A stretch of 64,000 bases of DNA from Acanthaster planci. Lineage: Eukaryota. Shown here piece by piece: positions 57,491 through 64,000 of the stretch. Every line of letters starts with the position of its first letter. The first letter of the stretch is position 1. The notes below the pieces were generated by a model that saw nothing but the letters and a program-made list of their open reading frames with translations, searched no databases and was not told the origin of the DNA. The stretch spans positions 1,452,746 to 1,516,745 of the forward strand of contig NW_019091357.1 in assembly GCF_001949145.1 (NCBI RefSeq). Direction: 5' to 3'. The translations under genes were made by a program, and so were the position numbers.

Positions 57491-59821
57491 GAAAAGCGGT
57501 ATAGTCCAGATGTACTTGTGATTTCTATTTTGTGGCTTCTTGTTTCTATGCATAATGGCACCCACCTCCTCCCACCTTTTCGTACATTTCTTGATCTATA
57601 TCTGAACGTTTGACTGAAGATTTAATCTCCGTCACATTTCAGGTGTTTTTTTCTACATAAGCTTCAGTTGCAACATCAACACCCGAGCGTTTTCATGAGG
57701 CCGTACAGGGCCTAAAAAGTTAGTGCAGATTTTTAAAAGTCTATTGTAAGTGTATTAAACTGTTTTGAGAAAAATCTACCAAATTTAGTTATCTTTCCTA
57801 AGCAATTCAAACTCCTTATTAAATTGAAACATTCAAAGTAGTTTCAAGTAGTTTGCCCTATATGAGTTTTAAGCTGAATTTTCTCAAAAGGTGAAAGCGG
57901 AAAAATTATTTCGCATCCGAACTCTTGAACTGTTCTTTCCCCTCACAAAGTTCAGGTAGTGAGCACAAGCAGGACCCTTGGGAACCCGACCCGACTAGTT
58001 CTGGTCCGCTTCGGCTGGAACTTGATTATCGACGACATTATCACTTTCAACTTAAATTCATCGAAACGAATCTAGGGAAGGCCTGCATCACACCGTTTTA
58101 CCCTGTGGTTCTGTTTGTAGTTCTACGGCGAAAGTGCTAGTGGGTTGAAATGGGGGGGGTCAAAGGTCAGGAGGCAACTTAACGTCATGGGAATTTATAT
58201 TCATAAGACTTGCACTCCCTTTAGGAACCGGCGTACCGACTGACGTGTTGGCCATCAGCGCCTGCGAACTATGCCGGGGAGCATCAGAAACGAAAAATGC
58301 CCGTCTTTGAAAAGCCTGCACCCCTGCATGAAGACAATAAACGACGCGATGATTGACCAAGTAACAAAATGAAGAAATTGGATAATCCCCAAGGAATATT
58401 CGTTTGGAGGAACTTATCCAAACTGTGCGGTCACTTTCAATTTGTGATGGTCAAACTTGTTAACAGACGATTCCAGCCTCTAAATCCTCTCGATGGGTGT
58501 TGGTCAAGGTAGGCCGAAGTTTCAAGGAAGACAAAAACACTAAGTCGATCGCTGAGCTAAAACTGTATGTTAATCAAGGAGGTTTTATGTTTTTATTAGA
58601 AGACCAATATTCACGAATAGTGATCTATTAGTCATCTATAAAGAAGACATCAACATCCCTCGATATTGGAATCCTGAAGTTCCTTTTATATACTTGATTA
58701 ATTATTGAGGGCTAAACGCGTAAAATGAGCAAGACCGTTATTCGCTCTTAAACACGTCACGATCATTGATGAGCCCGGCTGCACTTGCAAAACCTTTAAC
58801 ATTTTCAATAAATCACGTCCATGGTGCACCTGCCGAAGTGGACGCTGTATACACAGGCAGTGCTTATAAGTGTACAAGTGAAAGTATAAATTTTATAAAT
58901 GCGGTTTATCTCCAGCGAGAGCCTTTTCAAGAGCACCTGTAGAGAAAACATGTTTTCTCTGATTTTATCTGTTCAAATAAATATGACATATTCTACATTC
59001 AGAATTCTCATCTTGGCATGAACAGAAAAAAGCCCTTTTAAGCGTGTTACAGTTGAGCTCTGAAGACAAATGACACTGCGTTCGATTTGGATGCTTCCAG
59101 ATTTATTTGAACAGATAAAATCAGAGAAAGCATGTTTTCCTTCAAGGTGCTATCTTTAACCTTGCATTGGTTCGTGACCATGATGATATCATCTTTTCTG
59201 GGGACCGATGATCGGAAGGAAGGTGGTACGCCTAATATGATATGAAAATAGGGATTGTTCGTTAGGATTTGCATCACCAGCGAAGTAACTCCAAAGAATG
59301 AAAATTCCAAGCAAAGAAGTGGTTATTCACAGAGGTGGTCAGCGTTATCTCCGGGCATCATGGCAGTTACATTTAGATTTATTCCACTTTGCGGGGGGGG
59401 GGCTTAAGTTCCGTGGACTGGATAGAGTTTATCTTTGAAACTACGACAAATTACTACAAAGAGGACAAATTGCTACTAGAAGAAACTACAAATTACACAT
59501 AGAGCCAGGTACGGTTGGGGGGGTGCTAGTTGCAAAAATGAAAAACAGTAGCGAAAGTTAAGAGGTGACGTCACGTAGGAAGGGACCAAGGCCGCCTCTC
59601 CCCCAAAAGGAACTAGAACCGCGTCTGCAAAGAGCTGGGAGGGGCGTGGCCCCGCGTGATACACCTCACTGGGTGGATTTAACAGACTTCCGTTCTCGTC
59701 TCCAATTTAGCTTGATTTCCTGTCGACGAAATTGGTAAAGATCAGATAACCAGTTCAGCTGAAAAACAAATAAAAACGCTCCCAAACGATATTATGAAAA
59801 TACATTCCAAGCATCTCCCTT

Positions 59822-60091
59822 CACTGAAAAATTGCCTGGGTTAAATTGCAACCCAAGGAGGGGTGAACTTACTGCAATATGGGCTGTGTTCACCCAATTT
59901 TGGGACGAGAATCACTTTCTGTTTTATTTTCCATCCACACATTGAATGGATATTAACCACTATGTGGTTAAAACAAACCAGTAAGTAATTTCAATCACCC
60001 ACATTGGGTTGAAACAACCTAAGCTATTGCAGTTGCAGTTTTTACCCTCCATTGGGTTAAAATTTAACCCAGGTAGCCTAAGTGTTCAGTG
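59822..60091. mobile_element. Short CACTG-ended non-autonomous element (EnSpm/CACTA-like)
   Basis: CACTGAAAAATTGCCTGGGTTAAA on the left versus TTTAACCCAGGTAGCC..TTCAGTG on the right, with internal repeated GGGTT/AACCC motifs and TT flanks. Confidence 0.5.
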
Positions 60092-62164
60092 TTGAGTTGA
60101 ACTACAGTTGAACAATTGTTTGAAAATGGTGTTCCCCCAACTCGAAGCAACGGTGTCATGCCATCCCCACCTGCTTTCATCATTAACCACGTTCCTCGTT
60201 CATTTTGCGGTTTGAGGAAAGAGGAAATAAAAGCTTGTTTTTGCACTGCACTTCCACAAACTATTCGGATGAATTCTTAAATTCCCAAAAGAAGACTGAA
60301 CTAAAAAGGTGTTGTTTGACAGATGGCGCCACGCACGTACCTGAACTTCAAGGAAACCGAAGTCGAGATGACCCGCATAGGGCCGCGTATTCAACGGTCA
60401 CGTACGGTTGCCGTACAGCGTTTAAAGGGGGCTCATATCGCCCGTAACAGGGGCCGCTACAAGGGATCAGCATGGGTAAGATTTTAAGGTAGTCTTAATG
60501 GTACTAACGAAAGAAAGAAAAGCAGCTCTCTATCTGGAAGACCATAACCTCTCCAACTCTGACCATACCGGCCTGTCACAGTCACCGGCCTGGTGACCTC
60601 ATCAATGATAGGGTCACTGTGTCCATCGTTGCGGCCGGAACAAGAGTAATCCCTCTGTGACCAACGATATCCTCGAAGTCGGGCAAGCGTATTAAAGCCA
60701 ATAATCTTCGTCCCTGTCCACAAAATCTCCAGGATCGCAGATCGAGTTAATTTTCGGCGAACAAATCCTTTTCAATCATTTAAACGATACAAAGTGATTT
60801 CAAAAGTATTGGCCCGGCTTTGGCATCAACAACACACCGAGGTCAAGTTGAGACTACAAGTCGAAATTCTAGTCTCCCTGCACAAGTATAATAATTGATG
60901 CGATCTCATCAGACCGGGGTGGAAAAATCAAAGCTTTTTATCCACTAGGTTTTGAACAGTAAAAACTACATTCCTCCAAGTAGCTCAGTCGGCCTTGTCC
61001 CATTTTAGTTGAAAACTGGACCCATGAATGGGAGCGTTTGCCCCGTTGATCAAAAACAATCATTGGGGAAAGTTAACAAACTGTGGCAGCAAAAATTAAT
61101 ATGCACCTACCCCTTGACCCAGACGGGGTCAACTGCACCGAAGTTCACAAAGATACTTCCCAAATAACCGACCTTTCCCACGTCAATCCAATCTATTTTT
61201 CTGTAGTGTTCTATTATACGTCAATTGTTGCAAGAATGGATTTTTATTAAGTGACCGAATGCAGTCTTAAAACTTTGACCCTGTTTGTACAGAAACTGCG
61301 ATGCAAGCGAGCTAACTTCACAACCGTCCGAAAGGTTTTCGCCCCTCAGTTCCATCTGGAAAGCATCAACTGCGTGGTAATGCGGTTTACGCGTTATTAC
61401 GGTGAAAACCTTTACGGCACTACAGGGAATTATTCAGCGACGACATCTGTCCGGCAATCAGGCTACGCCAATATAACCTGAGTGTCCATTCCTATAAGAA
61501 ATAAAACAGGTGTACCACCAAATGCCTAGAAACCTTTCCCATCATACCTTTAGCATTAATTCAATTGAAAAACGACTTGTTAAAAAAACTGGTGTGACAG
61601 TGCTATAGTGTAACTTGGTATAATGAGGGCAAGGGGGTCTCTTCTCGAGCTATACACTTTCACTTAAAGTTTAAGCCCGGTCCAGAGTTTTGGGACCCAT
61701 CACCGAACTGTTGAAACGATGATCCAAGTGCAACGAGTAGTCCTGCCTAGAAAATATGTTCTCCTTCCCAGAACATGGACCGTACTTAAAGTTACACTGA
61801 AGCTTTGGAATGTTTTAATACTTGCCATCCAACGGAAAGGGTTTCGTCAAAGTTTCTGACGAACTATTTGGCAAGAGGCAGTGATGTCGAAGTTGCGCTG
61901 ACCATTGCTTGTCAACCGATGTATGAAGTCGTTTTTTTCTTCTTTTCAAAGGAGACAGTGAGGGCGAGTGTGTTTGAGTGGCACTCAAAACTATTTCCAA
62001 GAAGCCCTTTGAAAACTAGGTTTCCCAGATTCGGGGGAACCTTCAGGCACTTCCGTTTTTCGACCATTACAAACATTTTAGATCCAAACTTGCTCGACCG
62101 TAAAAGTGACCCTCACAGCTTGACCGCGTCCTCTGGGCTTGGCCCACGACCAAGGCCTCATCCT

Positions 62165-62393
62165 CGAAATACGTCACAACCTTCAACGCGCTGTGATTGG
62201 TCCCTCGGTCTAACGAGCATGACACGTTCTCCAATCAGAGCGACGTCAAGTAGCCTAATAAGGTGCGTGGGCCTGGGCGCGGCGGGTCACGGCCAATCGT
62301 TTTTCTTATAAAGTTGGTGGGTACGCACCGGCTGAGAGCACAATCTTCAGCAAACCTATGCACCCAAAGAACTTCATATGTTAGTACTGTACG
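62165..62393 (+). promoter_or_regulatory. TATA/CCAAT/CRE-like promoter and non-coding exon 1 of the right-edge gene
   Basis: ACGTCA (62171-62176), ATTGG (62196-62200), CCAAT (62231-62235 and 62293-62297), GACGTCA (62242-62248), TATAAA (62307-62312), donor ACG|GTAAGG at 62393/62394, and a matching acceptor at 62822-62823. Confidence 0.65.
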
Positions 62394-62840
62394 GTAAGGC
62401 TGCTTACTTTTTTTTCTGCACGACTGTACTTTGTGCATTTTTATTTTTGTCACATTTCAGATTTTCTTTGGTGAAGTGAGGATTCATATTAGAGTTCTCT
62501 AAGTTTGCTTGGCTGTAAATCAACTCTTAAAAACAATTAAGCTTGCTAACGCTGTGAAACGAATTTCATTTTATGAATTGTATACAACTGACGTGACACG
62601 TTACTCGTGGCAATGCGCTGTATGTAACGCAAGAAGTTTCTGTGAACGATTTTTGGGGGACACAACGAAGGCACAAACACGAATGGATGGGGGCTTTCTC
62701 TGATCTCGGATTTTTCTTTGGTCATACGCATGTTCTGTGAACTCCGGATATCCGCGCGGGAAAAGGGAAAGGAAGGAAAAACTTTAGCAGAAATATTTTC
62801 GATTTTTTTTCTCTCGCTGACAGGAGCTGCAAAAGATAGC

Positions 62841-64000
62841 ATGGCTTCACGTACACTTCTCTACCTCTCGCTCTTTGCGTTCTGTGTCCTGGTTGCCATG
62901 GTAACATTGACAGAGGCCCATGACGTGGACACCGCCGACACGGACCTCCAGCACCGAGTTGAGAGGCGGAGTTTGACCGAGGCACTCCTGGCGACGAGAT
63001 CAGTCAACACCGAGGGAGAGACGGGAGACACGGGCAGGAGAAAGGGTCGACGAGGGAAGAAAGGACGTGGGAAAGGAAAAGGGAGGAGAAAGGGAAGAAA
63101 AAACAAAGGACCACCGCAATATACCGGTAAGTTTACCAACAAGTCGAAAAATTTGTGAGAAACTAGACAAACGCAACAATTTTAGGAGATCACTTATTGT
63201 CGAAATTTCAGAGAGCCTTTTGAAGTACTTCACGTCAATTCTGCTTCGAAAAATGGGTCACAAAAATAACAAGCAAAGTCTGAGTGCGCTAAGCGTGAAA
63301 CTAACCTTTCGAAAAGCGTGAAACTAACCTTTCGAATTTCGTGGCATTCTAAAATCGAAAATGAGGAAAATATAAAGAAACGATGAAAAAAGGATTGAAA
63401 AGATCAATGAACCGCTGATTTATGGTATTCGTATTATGTCTTATGAGATGGCATTTATAATTATCATTTCGATAAATCTATTGTTTTATCGGTAGCTTGC
63501 ATACACCCAGCCAACGGTTTGACATGCACCTGTGACATGAGATTTGAGAAGTTCAAGAATCATCCCGTCAAACAGTACAAATATTACACGATTTGCTAAG
63601 GTAAGGTAGGCGAACTTGACACTTCCCTTAAAATGCAGACAGGTGTATTATCATTTAAATACATACAACTATGCAACCAACAGCAAAACCAGCTATTTGC
63701 AAGGTCCTATCGTTTCTCAGGTTAGTTTATTGGATAAAAAGAACACTCAAAATCGATTTGTTGAAATATTTTGCTTTTATCAAGAGGTCATCAGTTCACT
63801 GACCATAACTTTTCTATTCTTCTCTGTTCTATTTTATACTGAGGTGCGGTACTTTAAGTTTTATCCTTTCGGTGAGCAATACAACGGAGTCTAGCTTTTC
63901 TGCTCGCGTCTAAAAACCAAGGAAGTATGTGCATTTCAAACGTAAGAACTCTCTTTGTAACCTTTCTTTCCCCAGTGATGGCAGAGCTTCCAAGATTGAA
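62841..64000 (+). CDS. Partial (5') gene for a secreted preproprotein: signal peptide, acidic propeptide, RVERR cleavage site and K/R/G-rich basic segment; product unknown
   Basis: Exon 62841-63126: MASRTLLYLSLFAFCVLVAMVTLTEA|HDVDTADTDLQHRVERR|SLTEALLATRSVNTEGETGDTGRRKGRRGKKGRGKGKGRRKGRKNKGPPQYT, then donor G|GTAAGT. A polypyrimidine acceptor at 63974-63975 continues in phase 1 as VMAELPRL.. to the window end. Confidence 0.8.
63291..63336. repeat. Perfect 23-bp tandem duplication (intronic)
   Basis: AAGCGTGAAACTAACCTTTCGAA occurs twice in tandem (63291-63313 and 63314-63336). Confidence 0.9.

Noticed and set aside
62718..62840. N-terminal extension of the ORF 62718-63158
   Set aside because: It begins at a non-ATG codon in intron sequence. 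The acceptor at 62822-62823 and the signal peptide point to ATG 62841.

Overview
This is eukaryotic (invertebrate) genomic DNA with GT-AG introns and two assembly gaps (23587-24571, 42242-43130). The gene content, repeats and TACATGTA abundance suggest an echinoderm such as a sea star (inference). By splicing exons by hand I reconstructed: (1) a minus-strand 8-exon type I membrane receptor, signal peptide-SRCR-WSC-Sushi/CCP-TM-tyrosine-motif tail (~481 aa, 4224-8570); (2) a single-coding-exon class A GPCR (21332-22447); (3) an 11-coding-exon Src-family kinase (30558-39309, 503 aa); (4) a convergent NCOA6-like coactivator (45277-53752, ~2510 aa) with one 7.36-kb exon; and (5) the first exons of a secreted, furin-site-bearing, very basic protein running off the right edge (62841 onward). 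A probable first exon of another gene runs off the left edge. Non-coding features include a SINE with a target-site duplication, several MITE/foldback elements, and a ~149-bp tandem array of tRNA-like Pol III units (A box, B box, T-run) between the convergent kinase and NCOA6 3' ends. I see no CRISPR or prokaryotic system. No database searches were run.
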